From IMG/VR virus record IMGVR_UViG_3300042204_000022: 64,000 nt of DNA, one strand, 5' to 3'. Both the position numbers and the translations under genes were made by a program. Position 1 is the first letter of the stretch; each line of letters opens with the position of its first letter. This document shows positions 28,076-38,578 of this stretch, one piece after another. The notes beneath the pieces were generated by a model. That model did not search any database and was not told the DNA's origin. It saw only the letters and a program-made list of their open reading frames with translations. This DNA comes from a virus (lineage: Duplodnaviria; Heunggongvirae; Uroviricota; Caudoviricetes).

Positions 28076-28867
28076 AGAGACGTACCAAATTCCCTCAGAT
28101 TGATACGTGAACTTTACGACGATTGATCTATCTGTTGCGGGTATCTCAATTTCAAGATTCTGAAAGCTTGTGAGGTGGGTTACGTGAACTGACCAGTCAA
28201 TATAATTCTTAAACCCTTGCTGACGAAGAAACAGCCCCAAGTTAACATCGGGACCGAGCCCGTTACTTGAGAAGAACCTATGCTGGACATAGTAATCAGC
28301 CCTAATAAGAGCACAATAGAGACCACAAGCATCAATTTCATCTATTGTAGGGTCTTTTGCTTTACTTTCGAGTGAAGTGACGGCTTTCGGTTCAAATACA
28401 TCATTCGCACGCCACGCACCAACATAAAACGAACCCCACCTGCCAAGCTCGACACCAGTAATCATTCCTGCATCTGGTTTTGACTCAGCGATAGCAACGA
28501 GACGCTCTAGGGCGTTGGGGGGTAGAATACCGTCATCTTCAATGCTAAAAACCCAGCTCGGCTCATAATCTTCTGTCACGAGCTCTGGGGCTGGCGGCAG
28601 TATGTCTGCAATCTGGTTGTGTATGTTTGAGATGTTTATGCGACGCTCAGCGATGGTCGCACCGGGACCGCTATTTGTTGATTTGACGCAAAGCTTCTGC
28701 TCAAAATCTAGTTCGAGTATTTTGTTTCTTACAGTTACAAAGTCTTCATCAGAGCCATCAAATATGACTATGAGATTATTCGGTTTATGTGTTTGTTTTA
28801 ATAGGGATTCAATAACTCTATCTAGGTACTTCGTCCTCGACACTGGCAGTATTGTTGTTATCGTCAT
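28070..28867 (-). CDS. glycosyltransferase family 2-like (GT-A)
   Basis: ILPVSRTKYL...VIFDGSDED pattern. Confidence 0.45.
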   Translation of the reverse strand: MTITTILPVSRTKYLDRVIESLLKQTHKPNNLIVIFDGSDEDFVTVRNKILELDFEQKLCVKSTNSGPGATIAERRINISNIHNQIADILPPAPELVTEDYEPSWVFSIEDDGILPPNALERLVAIAESKPDAGMITGVELGRWGSFYVGAWRANDVFEPKAVTSLESKAKDPTIDEIDACGLYCALIRADYYVQHRFFSSNGLGPDVNLGLFLRQQGFKNYIDWSVHVTHLTSFQNLEIEIPATDRSIVVKFTYQSEGIWYVSS

Positions 28868-29519
28868 TTTTGTTTAATTCTATTTTGTTAAATTCCTTGC
28901 CATCGATAATCTCTAGCACGGTTTGATCGCCGATAGGCGTGTTGTCTTGATGTTCTGAGAATGTGTCTATGCACCAAACATTCTCTTGTGGGTTCCAGAT
29001 CGTCTCGCTTGGGTTGTGTCCGATCACCTGTGGACCTGACTTATAGGTAACATACCCGCCGTACTCTCTAGGGCGAGCCCAAATAGGGCTTGTGTCATTC
29101 CATAAACCAGCTACACTTTCATCGCCGTCCCATTCTTCAGTAACGCCAGCATGAGAGAATGTTACTCCATCTAGCTCAAGAATTGGCGGTAGAGATAGAA
29201 GCCATTGTTTGATTTTCTTATTTTCTGGTGCGTTAACAAGTTGGTAAGTCACCCCATTCCATCCACTTGAGCGACCTGCAATTTCTGGGTGAATGTAGGC
29301 GTAGTCATGGTTGCCAATAACAGCGAACACCTTTTTAGGATTAGAATCCATTAGCATCTTTAGTAGACGCCACGTTGCAAGAGATTCACCGGGAGTCGTG
29401 TTCCAGTTATCTGCGTAGTCCCCGCAAAAAACAACAGCATCGTAATCTTCTACGATCTTTTCTACTTTTTCAATCATCCATGACTTTGTGTGTACGTCAC
29501 CTACCGCAAGTATCTTCAT
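28818..29519 (-). CDS. calcineurin-like metallophosphoesterase
   Basis: GDVH...GDYAD...GNHD motifs. Confidence 0.65.
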   Translation of the reverse strand: MKILAVGDVHTKSWMIEKVEKIVEDYDAVVFCGDYADNWNTTPGESLATWRLLKMLMDSNPKKVFAVIGNHDYAYIHPEIAGRSSGWNGVTYQLVNAPENKKIKQWLLSLPPILELDGVTFSHAGVTEEWDGDESVAGLWNDTSPIWARPREYGGYVTYKSGPQVIGHNPSETIWNPQENVWCIDTFSEHQDNTPIGDQTVLEIIDGKEFNKIELNKNDDNNNTASVEDEVPR

Positions 29520-29526
29520 ATCTCTA

Positions 29527-30585
29527 TTATACCTCTAATTTCGCCAAAAGTAAATCCCACTTATGCTTAATTACTTCGTAAGAGTATTGGTCTTTTGCTA
29601 TTTTTCTTGCTGAATCCTTGTACCCGATTCTTAACTCGTCACCTAAGACAGCAAACTGAGTGATTCTACCCGCCAGAGCGGTGTGGTCTGCTGAGTAAAC
29701 ATCAATCATGGTTCTCGCCATAAACTCGGTCTTTTTTTCTGCTGGTACGAGCCAGTAGGGTGGCAAAATCTTATTATTAGGGTCAATGTCGGTCATAATG
29801 ACGGGCAAACCCGCTGCGAGTGCTTCATTCATCGGTAAGCACGCCCCAGCGTACCTGCGAGGTAGAATCATAGCGTCATACCAGCGGTAAAGCTCCCTCT
29901 CATCTGCTGGCTCTTCTCTGTCAATTCTCACCCTTGGGTCATCTGACTCAACTTCAGTTGTTTGCGTTTTAATAACAAGCTCAAAGTCTACCTCAGCAGG
30001 AATAAGTTTAACTGCTGCGAGTAGGTCTTGTGTACCGTTGCGATCTTCATACGTTTTACGGCCAGCGATATGTAGAAACCTAGGCTTACCAAATCTGTGC
30101 CTATTCTGCTGGTAGATGATGTCATACGCCTCTAGGTCTACTGGTGATTTTAGAATAGGTACTTCGCCGAAAATCGTCTCAAGCTTATCGTTGTTCCACT
30201 CAGAGTGATTTGCGAGAATATCTGGTCTAGGTAGAAGTGGACGCTGAAGCCAGTCGCAGAACTCATAATTAGACACCAAAATAGTCTTAACACCAAGCTG
30301 TTTTGCACGAGCAGTCAGTTCATACCCAGCCGTGTAGTCGATTTCGCACGTAACGAGAACATCTATGCCTTCAAGTACCTGATCGAGATTTCTCAAATTG
30401 ATGAAACCGTGTACGCTGTATCTATTGTCTGTGAGACCATCTAATAGCTCTGGATGCTGTTCGTTGCCATTAACCGAACTGAAGTCTATGACGATCAACT
30501 TGTCAGCGTTCAACATCTTAGCGATGTTTCTTGTCTGCACCCCTAAACCAGTAAGGTCTTGACGAACAATAACTCCTATTTTCAT
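29527..30585 (-). CDS. GT-B-fold glycosyltransferase (GT4-like)
   Basis: C-terminal EALAAGLPVIMTD nucleotide-sugar binding motif. Confidence 0.5.
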   Translation of the reverse strand: MKIGVIVRQDLTGLGVQTRNIAKMLNADKLIVIDFSSVNGNEQHPELLDGLTDNRYSVHGFINLRNLDQVLEGIDVLVTCEIDYTAGYELTARAKQLGVKTILVSNYEFCDWLQRPLLPRPDILANHSEWNNDKLETIFGEVPILKSPVDLEAYDIIYQQNRHRFGKPRFLHIAGRKTYEDRNGTQDLLAAVKLIPAEVDFELVIKTQTTEVESDDPRVRIDREEPADERELYRWYDAMILPRRYAGACLPMNEALAAGLPVIMTDIDPNNKILPPYWLVPAEKKTEFMARTMIDVYSADHTALAGRITQFAVLGDELRIGYKDSARKIAKDQYSYEVIKHKWDLLLAKLEV

Positions 30586-31205
30586 GCTAGCCCCCTTCTT
30601 TTTCTCTCTATGTCCAGATCGTAGCCCGCATTATTTTTGTAATTCTTTGTACGCTCTTCGTGTGGGTGCCAATGATGGATAAAAGAGTCTGGGGTGTCCC
30701 TAATCATCGTGTGGTTCAGTTTATACGGTTCGACGAACATGTTATCGTCACCGCCGTATGATTTCCACTCAACCCACTTGTGATCTTCCCATTGCTGTTT
30801 TGTGACCGCTACTTGCCCGAATGAATGAACGCCCCAATCGCCCGTTTTGCGATCTTCGTTCTCCATCCACATTATCGGTGCATAAACCCACCCTTCGGGT
30901 ACTAACCTAACAATTTTATCGATAACTTCTTGCACCACGACCACATCAGCATCTAAGAAGAAGAGAATATCACCCTTTGCGCTCTCTGCTGCAACATTTT
31001 TCGCTTTACCTATTGACCAGTCGCCTTCCCATCTAGCTACGGTGATCTCAAATTCATACGCATGAGCTAGCGCCTCCCAGTTAATGTCGTCTGAGTAGTT
31101 GTCCCCGATAACAACCTCAAAGTCGCCCTTAACACGTCTTAGCGAATCTAGACAACGAATTAAGTTGGCTGCACGGTTCTTTAGTGGGATGCAAATTGAA
31201 ATCAT
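30582..31205 (-). CDS. glycosyltransferase family 2
   Basis: ICIPLKNR...EVVIGDNYSDD...ILFFLDADV (DxD). Confidence 0.7.
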   Translation of the reverse strand: MISICIPLKNRAANLIRCLDSLRRVKGDFEVVIGDNYSDDINWEALAHAYEFEITVARWEGDWSIGKAKNVAAESAKGDILFFLDADVVVVQEVIDKIVRLVPEGWVYAPIMWMENEDRKTGDWGVHSFGQVAVTKQQWEDHKWVEWKSYGGDDNMFVEPYKLNHTMIRDTPDSFIHHWHPHEERTKNYKNNAGYDLDIERKRRGLA

Positions 31206-31912
31206 TTGTGGTTCTCTAGGTAGATGTTACAGCCTCTTTCTGGTACGCCGAACGTGGAGAAGCTGAAGTCACTTAAGAATGGTTTAATAATCGATACGAA
31301 GTCTTCTACATTGTTGTGTTCGTCAAACTCAATCGCATACCTTCTCGCTCTGAGAATTGAAGCTTCACTCGCACCAGTAATCATTGGTAGCTCTGAGCCC
31401 TCGATGTCGCACTTAACGAAGTCAATTTTGTTTTCACTCACTTCTTCCAACAACTCATCGTAGGTGATAATCTCAATCTCTTGAGTATTGACAGCACCCG
31501 TAAGGCGGGAGCTACCTGCGTTGTTCGTGATGCCCGAATAGCCACTAAAGTCAGATACACCCTTTGGTATAACCGTTACCTTAGAGCCTCTTTCGAAAAG
31601 CTGTTTGTTTGCGAGAAGGTTTTTGCGAAGTATCTCAATGTTATTCTCTTCTGGCTCAACCGCATAAACGTGAACCGCTTTTCCTGCTTCGTGAGCGACG
31701 CTCAGAACGAATAGGGTGAAGACACCGATGTTCGCGCCAATATCAAGCACGACAGGATTTTTCTGCTCTAGAAAGTTGCCATCGAACCTATAAATGTTGA
31801 GGTTGAATATTTCTCTAACCACGGCATAGTCATCGTCGCTGTCGGGACGAGTGCTGATTATTATGTCGGTGTATAGACCGGGAATTGTATAATCTCTATA
31901 CTTCATTTTCAA
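31202..31912 (-). CDS. FkbM-family methyltransferase
   Basis: VLDIGANIGVFTL...VYAVEPEENNIEIL. Confidence 0.6.
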   Translation of the reverse strand: MKMKYRDYTIPGLYTDIIISTRPDSDDDYAVVREIFNLNIYRFDGNFLEQKNPVVLDIGANIGVFTLFVLSVAHEAGKAVHVYAVEPEENNIEILRKNLLANKQLFERGSKVTVIPKGVSDFSGYSGITNNAGSSRLTGAVNTQEIEIITYDELLEEVSENKIDFVKCDIEGSELPMITGASEASILRARRYAIEFDEHNNVEDFVSIIKPFLSDFSFSTFGVPERGCNIYLENHK

Positions 31913-32849
31913 ATACCGTGTTTAGAATTGTTTGCCAGCGGGTAACGTAGGTATGGTCACGCTTCGTTCTCAGGAAACCTGCATGACGAATCGCCTCACG
32001 TTCTTCGTCGTGGGTAAGATAATAGTCAATTTTCTCTTTAAGGTCGTCAAGATTTCCGTGCTCGTAAAGAACAATTTCTTTACCATCTTCGTACTGGTCT
32101 TCAACTCCTTTAATGTTGGGGAAAATCTGAAATGCGCCACGCCCAGGCTGCTCAAAGAGACGGTCGCTAAAGTAATATGGGTACTCGAAGTTGAGATTAA
32201 GCGTGTCACCAACCGCAATCTTCGCATTGCGATAAATCTGATTAAGCGGTAGACCTCTAATCTGACCAACATCTCCGTCGTTGCCGATATGAATAAAACG
32301 CTGACCGTATGTCTTCTTTAGAAAATCAACCAACTGTGGGCGGTACGGGTACTCTGGGTGGTACTTTCTACTTCCTGTGAATACGATGTCGTATCTGACA
32401 CGTTGCTGTGGTAGCATCTGCACTTCTTCGCCGAATACACCAGCCGGTAGATAAACTCCCTTAGTGTCGGTGTTTTCATTCATCCAGTCAGCCATTAACT
32501 TGTCTACTGTGAAGAAATAATGAAGACTCTTGTAATAGTCGTCGTTCGTAATATCTTTTTCACGATCAAGACCGAACCATAGGTCGAGGTGATAAGTGAT
32601 GAAGGGAATACCCTTATCTTTGAGTGCATCTGAAACCATTTGCCACGTCATAAAGCCGGGGGTGTTCCACCCGTGCGTGTGAATCGCAACAACGAGATCG
32701 CTTCTAAGACCGTGCTCTAGTAGTTGTTCCTTCGTCGTGTGCGATTCTTGAAGCCTTACTACCTCATGCCCCATTGAAGATAGGCTACGGGCGTGGTGAG
32801 ACTCACTGGTAAAATCGACAGAAAAATTGCCTAATATAACTATCTTCAT
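31896..32849 (-). CDS. CgeB-like / GT1-like glycosyltransferase
   Basis: C-terminal GRGAF...EAIRHAGF...TW pattern; weak. Confidence 0.4.
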   Translation of the reverse strand: MKIVILGNFSVDFTSESHHARSLSSMGHEVVRLQESHTTKEQLLEHGLRSDLVVAIHTHGWNTPGFMTWQMVSDALKDKGIPFITYHLDLWFGLDREKDITNDDYYKSLHYFFTVDKLMADWMNENTDTKGVYLPAGVFGEEVQMLPQQRVRYDIVFTGSRKYHPEYPYRPQLVDFLKKTYGQRFIHIGNDGDVGQIRGLPLNQIYRNAKIAVGDTLNLNFEYPYYFSDRLFEQPGRGAFQIFPNIKGVEDQYEDGKEIVLYEHGNLDDLKEKIDYYLTHDEEREAIRHAGFLRTKRDHTYVTRWQTILNTVFENEV

Positions 32850-33089
32850 CTACTTCTCGTCTACGGGAACAACCCTCGCCGTTCTCGCCTCTGTATCAAA
32901 TTCAACAGTGATATATTCTCCGTACTCCCACCATTCGCCTGCGACATCAAGAGCCTTCTCTACACGTAACTCACGAACCGCTTCTTGTTCGTCTTCAGCG
33001 AGACCGCTATTCTTTAGCTCTTCGTCTACGGCTTCTTCTACTGCGTCTTGAAGAACGTCTGTGTCTTTAATAAATACTTTTACTTTCAT
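32850..33089 (-). CDS. hypothetical acidic protein
   Basis: ORF. Confidence 0.4.
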   Translation of the reverse strand: MKVKVFIKDTDVLQDAVEEAVDEELKNSGLAEDEQEAVRELRVEKALDVAGEWWEYGEYITVEFDTEARTARVVPVDEK

Positions 33090-33349
33090 GCTAACTCCTT
33101 TGGCTTTTGGGTGCTCGTGCCTTTAATACCGCATTGAACTGCGAGCGACATTTGGTCTACTGGTGATGAATAATCGTTTGGTCCCGATTTAAGAATTGCT
33201 TGGCGAAACTGAGTGATGCCCTGACGATTCCAGTTATTGTACTGGTTGTAGGATACGTACTGACCACCGCCGACGCTAACGACGACCATTTCTGGGTACA
33301 AGACGTAGGTTAGTTTTCCCCTATTGATGATTTTTGGTTTTTCTTTCAT
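33086..33349 (-). CDS. hypothetical protein
   Basis: ORF. Confidence 0.4.
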   Translation of the reverse strand: MKEKPKIINRGKLTYVLYPEMVVVSVGGGQYVSYNQYNNWNRQGITQFRQAILKSGPNDYSSPVDQMSLAVQCGIKGTSTQKPKELA

Positions 33350-33369
33350 ACACTCAGATTAGCATAACC

Positions 33370-34182
33370 TTAAACATTTACAAACTCTGGTTTTACGTCT
33401 CCCTGACTCTCTGTTATCGCCTTGCGATCACTAAAGTAGCCATAACACTCGTTACACTGGTACTGGCGGTAGCGAGAAGTGTTTGTCGTGCGATACGCCT
33501 TAACCCTGAAACTATATGAACCACAGCGAGGGCAGGAATCCCACTCTCCCGAAATACGAGATAAACTTGGGTGCGAGTGCATAAACGAACGCATCTTGAG
33601 GTAGATTCCCGTCGTGACCCTTACGTCTTGCTCGTTATAAATCTTGAGCTTCTTGTAGGCTTTAGGATCGTTATTGATGAAACAATCCTCCCACAAATCT
33701 CCGACCTTGAATTTTGTCTTTTTGCCGACACCCAATTCTTCGCCCAAGTTGTCTAGGGTGTTGTTGTTGAACCTGAAGTAACGCTTAGCGATCTTCTTGG
33801 TGTCGATTGACTTAGTAGGTGGAATCGGCTCTAGACCGTTATGGATAAAGAACGTATTCGCCATCTTGATGTCGAAATTGTCTGAGTTCTGACCGAGAAT
33901 AATGTCTGCGTCAGAAAGAACCTTGTGTAGTTCGAGTGCGAGCAGTTTGTCGTTGTGCGGGTCAACCTTAAAGGTGTCCATGTCAGCGAGACTAAGCGAG
34001 TGAATCTTCTTCTGCCCTACCACCTGCCACGCAAAGCTCATGAGCACTTGGCGATCTTTTACTTTTAATATTCCCGTCTCCCATGTTGGCGGGTAGAAAT
34101 AGCCTAACGCCGGGCTGACCTCTAGGTCAAAGCTAATGATGCAAGGCTTTTTGATTGCTTGGATTGGTTCGTCATGTTGCAA
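33370..34182 (-). CDS. RNase H-fold 3'-5' exonuclease-like protein with C-terminal zinc ribbon
   Basis: ISFDLE (DxE), QNSDNFDI, YNEQDV acidic motifs; CPRCG...CNEC. Confidence 0.4.
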   Translation of the reverse strand: MQHDEPIQAIKKPCIISFDLEVSPALGYFYPPTWETGILKVKDRQVLMSFAWQVVGQKKIHSLSLADMDTFKVDPHNDKLLALELHKVLSDADIILGQNSDNFDIKMANTFFIHNGLEPIPPTKSIDTKKIAKRYFRFNNNTLDNLGEELGVGKKTKFKVGDLWEDCFINNDPKAYKKLKIYNEQDVRVTTGIYLKMRSFMHSHPSLSRISGEWDSCPRCGSYSFRVKAYRTTNTSRYRQYQCNECYGYFSDRKAITESQGDVKPEFVNV

Positions 34183-34236
34183 GATTTTGTTTCTCCATAT
34201 CTGTTCCTCCTATAATAACCATAAGCGTTTTGAATG

Positions 34237-35133
34237 TCAAGACTTTTTCCTAATTTTCACACTTTCCTTGAGGATTTTAGGGGCGACGTGCTTCCACTTG
34301 ACTGTATGATGAACCCTGAACGCATCCGTATTCACCCTATCGCCCCTGTTATGAAGAACTCCGATCTTAACACCAGAAGGGTGGCTCATAACCGAGTAGA
34401 AGGATTTAACATACGTGCCAAACTTTTTGTACATATCGGTGTTACCGCTATTGTTACTTTGGGTTTGCTTCTGGTTGATTGCGATGAATCCTGTCGTCAA
34501 GAAGAGCACGCCTCTACTGGATAGGGTGGTGTATGCAACAACATCGTCGTTCATTGTGCCCGAAAAGTCGAATGGTCTCTCGGTATCGATAATCCATGAA
34601 TTCATGCCTTTTCTTCTATACTGATCGACCGCCATTTTTGATTGACCGCCCCCAATATAGTCGCCTGACTGAGCCATGCAGATGGACTGAAGTCTTGGTG
34701 TTGATTTTAGGTAATCAAGCATTATTTCGAACACTTTGTCAAGTGCATTATTGTCTTCAGCGAGCATTTTTGAAGAATATTCGATCTGAGGATTCATTCT
34801 CCACCTAACTGAGTCGTAATCGTCTTCAAACTCAGCGAAATACCTGTAGCCAAGACCCTGTGCAATGTCAATACACGCTTGACGAGCGTAAACGATTGAT
34901 TTATGAAAGTTGAAGTTGTCCATAGAGTCGGTTAACCCCATGTAGGTCTTCTTGTTGAATACGACAATCTTGTCTTCGCCGAAAATCTCTTTATAGCGGT
35001 CTATAGTGGGGTCTAAATCATCAAGTACGATGTACCAATCCCCCGTATAGCCAAACCTTTTAAGAGTATTGACAGTAAATACGTTATCTGGTCTGCCATG
35101 AGACAAAATTAGAACACAAAAATTACTCTTCAC
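34237..35133 (-). CDS. putative nucleotide-sugar transferase (GT-A-like)
   Basis: ILSHGRPDN...LDDLD pattern; weak. Confidence 0.3.
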   Translation of the reverse strand: MKSNFCVLILSHGRPDNVFTVNTLKRFGYTGDWYIVLDDLDPTIDRYKEIFGEDKIVVFNKKTYMGLTDSMDNFNFHKSIVYARQACIDIAQGLGYRYFAEFEDDYDSVRWRMNPQIEYSSKMLAEDNNALDKVFEIMLDYLKSTPRLQSICMAQSGDYIGGGQSKMAVDQYRRKGMNSWIIDTERPFDFSGTMNDDVVAYTTLSSRGVLFLTTGFIAINQKQTQSNNSGNTDMYKKFGTYVKSFYSVMSHPSGVKIGVLHNRGDRVNTDAFRVHHTVKWKHVAPKILKESVKIRKKS

Positions 35134-35467
35134 TCTTGCGAATCTCCATCAGACGCTTATTCATCTGAACGAAGCCATTTGCGATCGCATCATCAAAGTC
35201 GATAATCACTAAACCTGATTGTTCGAACAATTCCTGCACTTCAGCAGGAGAATTTGCGTAATATTCAGCGACTTTGTCGTAATTGAACTTGTAATGACGA
35301 GTCGCAGCAGCACGCAAGAAAGTTTTCACGCCATTCGGTGCCACGCTATCGTTAATTTTGCTTATTAAGTCATCAAATACAGTTGTGTCAACTAATTCTG
35401 AGAGTTTTGGCTTTTCTCCCTTAATTTCATAGATGGGGGCCTTAATTTTTGATGTGTACTCACTCAT
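35123..35467 (-). CDS. hypothetical protein
   Basis: ORF. Confidence 0.4.
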   Translation of the reverse strand: MSEYTSKIKAPIYEIKGEKPKLSELVDTTVFDDLISKINDSVAPNGVKTFLRAAATRHYKFNYDKVAEYYANSPAEVQELFEQSGLVIIDFDDAIANGFVQMNKRLMEIRKSEE

Positions 35468-35867
35468 TTCTGATTTTTAGAACCTCTTTTGTTGTTGACC
35501 ATTTGTGTTTTCTTGGTAAATATTGTAAACGTTCGTTTCCGATTATTTTTTTGCCTTCTTCGAATCCTGTTTCTTTGTACTCGTCTGACAAAAAATACAC
35601 GTCGTAGTCTAGTAATTTTAGTAGTTCTAACAGGTTTTCCTCACTTTCACAAGGGATTACCTCATCGACACACTCTAGCGCCATCAATTTCAGGTATCTT
35701 TCTTCGATCGGCTCTGTATAGAGCTTATGACTTCTAATACTTTGGTCTCTGACTATGATGCAAATCAATTTTGTACAATGTTTTTTTGCTAATTTCAATG
35801 CTTCGATGTGACCGACGTGTAGAAGGTTGAACCCACCGGGCATTATTCCGATTTTTTCAGTATTCAT
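35460..35867 (-). CDS. cytidylyltransferase-like nucleotidyltransferase (HxGH)
   Basis: GGFNLLHVGHIEAL motif as in glycerol-3-P cytidylyltransferase/PPAT. Confidence 0.65.
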   Translation of the reverse strand: MNTEKIGIMPGGFNLLHVGHIEALKLAKKHCTKLICIIVRDQSIRSHKLYTEPIEERYLKLMALECVDEVIPCESEENLLELLKLLDYDVYFLSDEYKETGFEEGKKIIGNERLQYLPRKHKWSTTKEVLKIRNE

Positions 35868-36282
35868 ATTTCTATTATACAGGAATGGTTTTCTAAAGCG
35901 TAAGAAAAATGGTATTTCAGAGAGAGGGCAAGGAGACTCCTCCCCCTACCCCTCCAAGAGATAGGGAGAGAGAATGACTTATTTCGTCGGTCGGTTAGTC
36001 AACTGGCGGTTCCCCTCGGATTTCTCCTATTATACCCGCCCAACAAACTCGCCGTCTACGTCTACCGCACCTTGACCATTTCTGCCCACGCTAGTACTAA
36101 CGAACCATTTTGGTAATTAACAGCATTGGGGACTTGCACCCCTCTTATGACCCCCGTCATATAGCTTGTTGCTCATTCGCTCGTCTGAAAGACTTGCTCT
36201 TCTAAGTTTAGCACGTAAAGCTTATGCTTTGCAAGACCATAAGCGGGACAAACTGTCCAATTTATTATCATGCTAATGTCTA

Positions 36283-36318
36283 TTGCTTTTATTTTACGCT
36301 AATGCTATATTAAAACGC
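36283..36318 (+). promoter_or_regulatory. sigma70-like promoter (TTGCTT-N17-TATATT)
   Basis: sequence inspection upstream of 36332. Confidence 0.4.
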
Positions 36319-36331
36319 AAGGGGAATCAAA

Positions 36332-36796
36332 ATGTTTATAGAACTCAAAAAAGCTGTCGTTAACACAAACCTTATAGAATCATTCACTGAGCAGTACGTG
36401 TGGTTTACGTCAAGCAGAGAAGCGATGGCTATTGATACTGATGACTACCAAAAACTTTACGACGCTCTAGTGCCTCGTACTCGCAAGACAAAAGATGTTG
36501 TACCAAAAAATGAATTAAACATTTTATTCGACGAACTACACACGCTCACTGGCGGCAAGGGTAAAGCGGTCTTCTCGCTGAACCGTGAAAAGAAACTGAA
36601 CGATCTTATTACCAAGCACAGGTTGACTCCTGAAATACTCAAGGTCGCAGCCGAGAACATTGGTAAAGACGCTTTCTTGCAGGGCGATAATGATTCTAAA
36701 AAACGCTACGGCGATATTGACTATTTGCTTCGCCCAGATAAGGCCGCTAAATGGTCTGAAGTGGTAGTGCAAAGAAAGAGGGGAATGTTTCAGTAA
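36332..36796 (+). CDS. hypothetical protein (possibly replication-associated)
   Basis: ORF immediately upstream of dnaB-like gene. Confidence 0.5.
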   Translation: MFIELKKAVVNTNLIESFTEQYVWFTSSREAMAIDTDDYQKLYDALVPRTRKTKDVVPKNELNILFDELHTLTGGKGKAVFSLNREKKLNDLITKHRLTPEILKVAAENIGKDAFLQGDNDSKKRYGDIDYLLRPDKAAKWSEVVVQRKRGMFQ

Positions 36797-38109
36797 TGGA
36801 TGATAACGCCGTATATGACATCGATGCAGAAATGTCGGTGCTTGGTTCACTGATGATTGATGGCGAGAGAATCGCCAAAGTAATGGAAATTTTGACTCAC
36901 GAGGATTTCTACGAAAGACGTAATGAACTCGTATTTCGTGGTATGGAGTGGCTCGCTAAAAAGGGAATTGAGATTGACATCATCACCCTATCTGATGCGC
37001 TGAAGCAGGCGAAAGTTCTCGACGAGATCGGAGGCAGTGCGTATCTTGCAGAAGTCACAAATTATGTTCCTACATCTTTGCATGTGTTAAACTATGCAAA
37101 GATAGTAGCAGACCATTCTGCGAAAAGAAAAATAAACAAAATGGCAGTAGAAATGTCAGAGATGTCAACCAACGGTGCGAGCCTCGAAGAGACTCTTGCT
37201 AAGGTTAAAGAGAAAATCTCTGAAGTTAATAACTTGGGCGGTAAAGAGAATAAATACCAAGTTGCTTCGATGCTTGATTATATTGACGAAGCCCAAGAGA
37301 GGTATGATAACTGGGGTAAGATGCAGGGATTATCAACTGGTTTTCCTAGTATCGACAAACTCACTCTCGGTCTTGTTGGCGGTGAGCTGATTATTGTCGC
37401 AGGTCAGACATCTCGTGGTAAAACACTATTGTCTATGAATATCGCTAATAACATAGCAAAGACAGGTAAGACGGTTCTTTTTGTCACGCTCGAAATGACA
37501 CACGCCGAGCTTACGTCAAGGTATATGTTTGTGAACGGTGGTGCTGGCAGCGAGAGTTTTGGCGGGGTTGCAGCAAACACGCTATTTCAGGCGAATGACG
37601 AACTCGACTGGAAAGACATCGATGGTCTCATCAAGAACGCAAAAGAAGAGCTGAACGTTGACCTTGTAGTGATTGACCACCTTCACTATTTCACTCGTGA
37701 ACTTGCAAACGTCGCTGAAGATTTAGGTCGTATCACGAAAGAGTTCAAGAAGAACGCCATTCGCTATAACATTCCTATTATCCTCATTTCGCACGTGAGA
37801 AAGATGGCTAAAGACGAGCAGCTGTCAGGTGAATCGCTTCGTGGTTCATCGCTTATCGCACAGGACGCAGACATCGTGCTTCTCGTTGACCGTGACCCAG
37901 AAACTAATGCAATGGGTGTGATGGTTGATAAGAACCGTAACCGTGGAAAGCTCAGTGATCGTACTAAAGACTGGCAGGGCAAGGACGAGCGTGAGATTAA
38001 CACCATCTTCCTTGAATTCAACAACACGAAGTTGCACGACCCAGAAGATGTACCGAAGCCTCTTCAGCAGTTATTTCCCGGCTCGGTCTCAGTCCCTCTA
38101 AACGAATAG
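36796..38109 (+). CDS. dnaB: DnaB-type replicative helicase
   Basis: N-terminal DnaB domain (AEMSVLGSLMID), Walker A GQTSRGKT, ISHVRK. Confidence 0.85.
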   Translation: MDDNAVYDIDAEMSVLGSLMIDGERIAKVMEILTHEDFYERRNELVFRGMEWLAKKGIEIDIITLSDALKQAKVLDEIGGSAYLAEVTNYVPTSLHVLNYAKIVADHSAKRKINKMAVEMSEMSTNGASLEETLAKVKEKISEVNNLGGKENKYQVASMLDYIDEAQERYDNWGKMQGLSTGFPSIDKLTLGLVGGELIIVAGQTSRGKTLLSMNIANNIAKTGKTVLFVTLEMTHAELTSRYMFVNGGAGSESFGGVAANTLFQANDELDWKDIDGLIKNAKEELNVDLVVIDHLHYFTRELANVAEDLGRITKEFKKNAIRYNIPIILISHVRKMAKDEQLSGESLRGSSLIAQDADIVLLVDRDPETNAMGVMVDKNRNRGKLSDRTKDWQGKDEREINTIFLEFNNTKLHDPEDVPKPLQQLFPGSVSVPLNE

Positions 38110-38135
38110 TTTTGCCAAAATAGTATAATGAAGGT

Positions 38136-38510
38136 ATGAAACTAACCATAAGCGGCGACTGTCCTTCAAAGAAAAACAACAAAAGGATAGTCACAAACAG
38201 AAAAACAGGCAAGCCCTTCATTATCTCCAGCGAACGTCATAATACGTGGGAGTCTACTGCACTAGTAGAGCTTCAGCAACAATTTCAGGGTTGTAAAGTG
38301 ACCGAATACCCGATCGGAATTACCGCAATATTTTATAACGGTTCTAAAAGAAGAAAAGACCTAGATAATCAAATATCAAGCGTGCTTGATGTGATGGTAA
38401 AAGCAGGGGTAATCGAAGACGACAATGTTAATTTTATAGACTCAATTCAGCTACAGTATGGCGGGGTCGATAAAGAAGCACCTCGTGTTGAAATATTCTT
38501 AGACGATTGA
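38136..38510 (+). CDS. rusA: RusA-like Holliday junction resolvase
   Basis: KDLDNQISSVLDVMVKAGVIEDDNVN matches RusA catalytic motif. Confidence 0.7.
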   Translation: MKLTISGDCPSKKNNKRIVTNRKTGKPFIISSERHNTWESTALVELQQQFQGCKVTEYPIGITAIFYNGSKRRKDLDNQISSVLDVMVKAGVIEDDNVNFIDSIQLQYGGVDKEAPRVEIFLDD

Positions 38511-38578
38511 CAATAAGATTTTAATTCTGTATAATTCGAATCGGTGGCATTACTAGCTAAAAACCAGCAGGAGGACAT

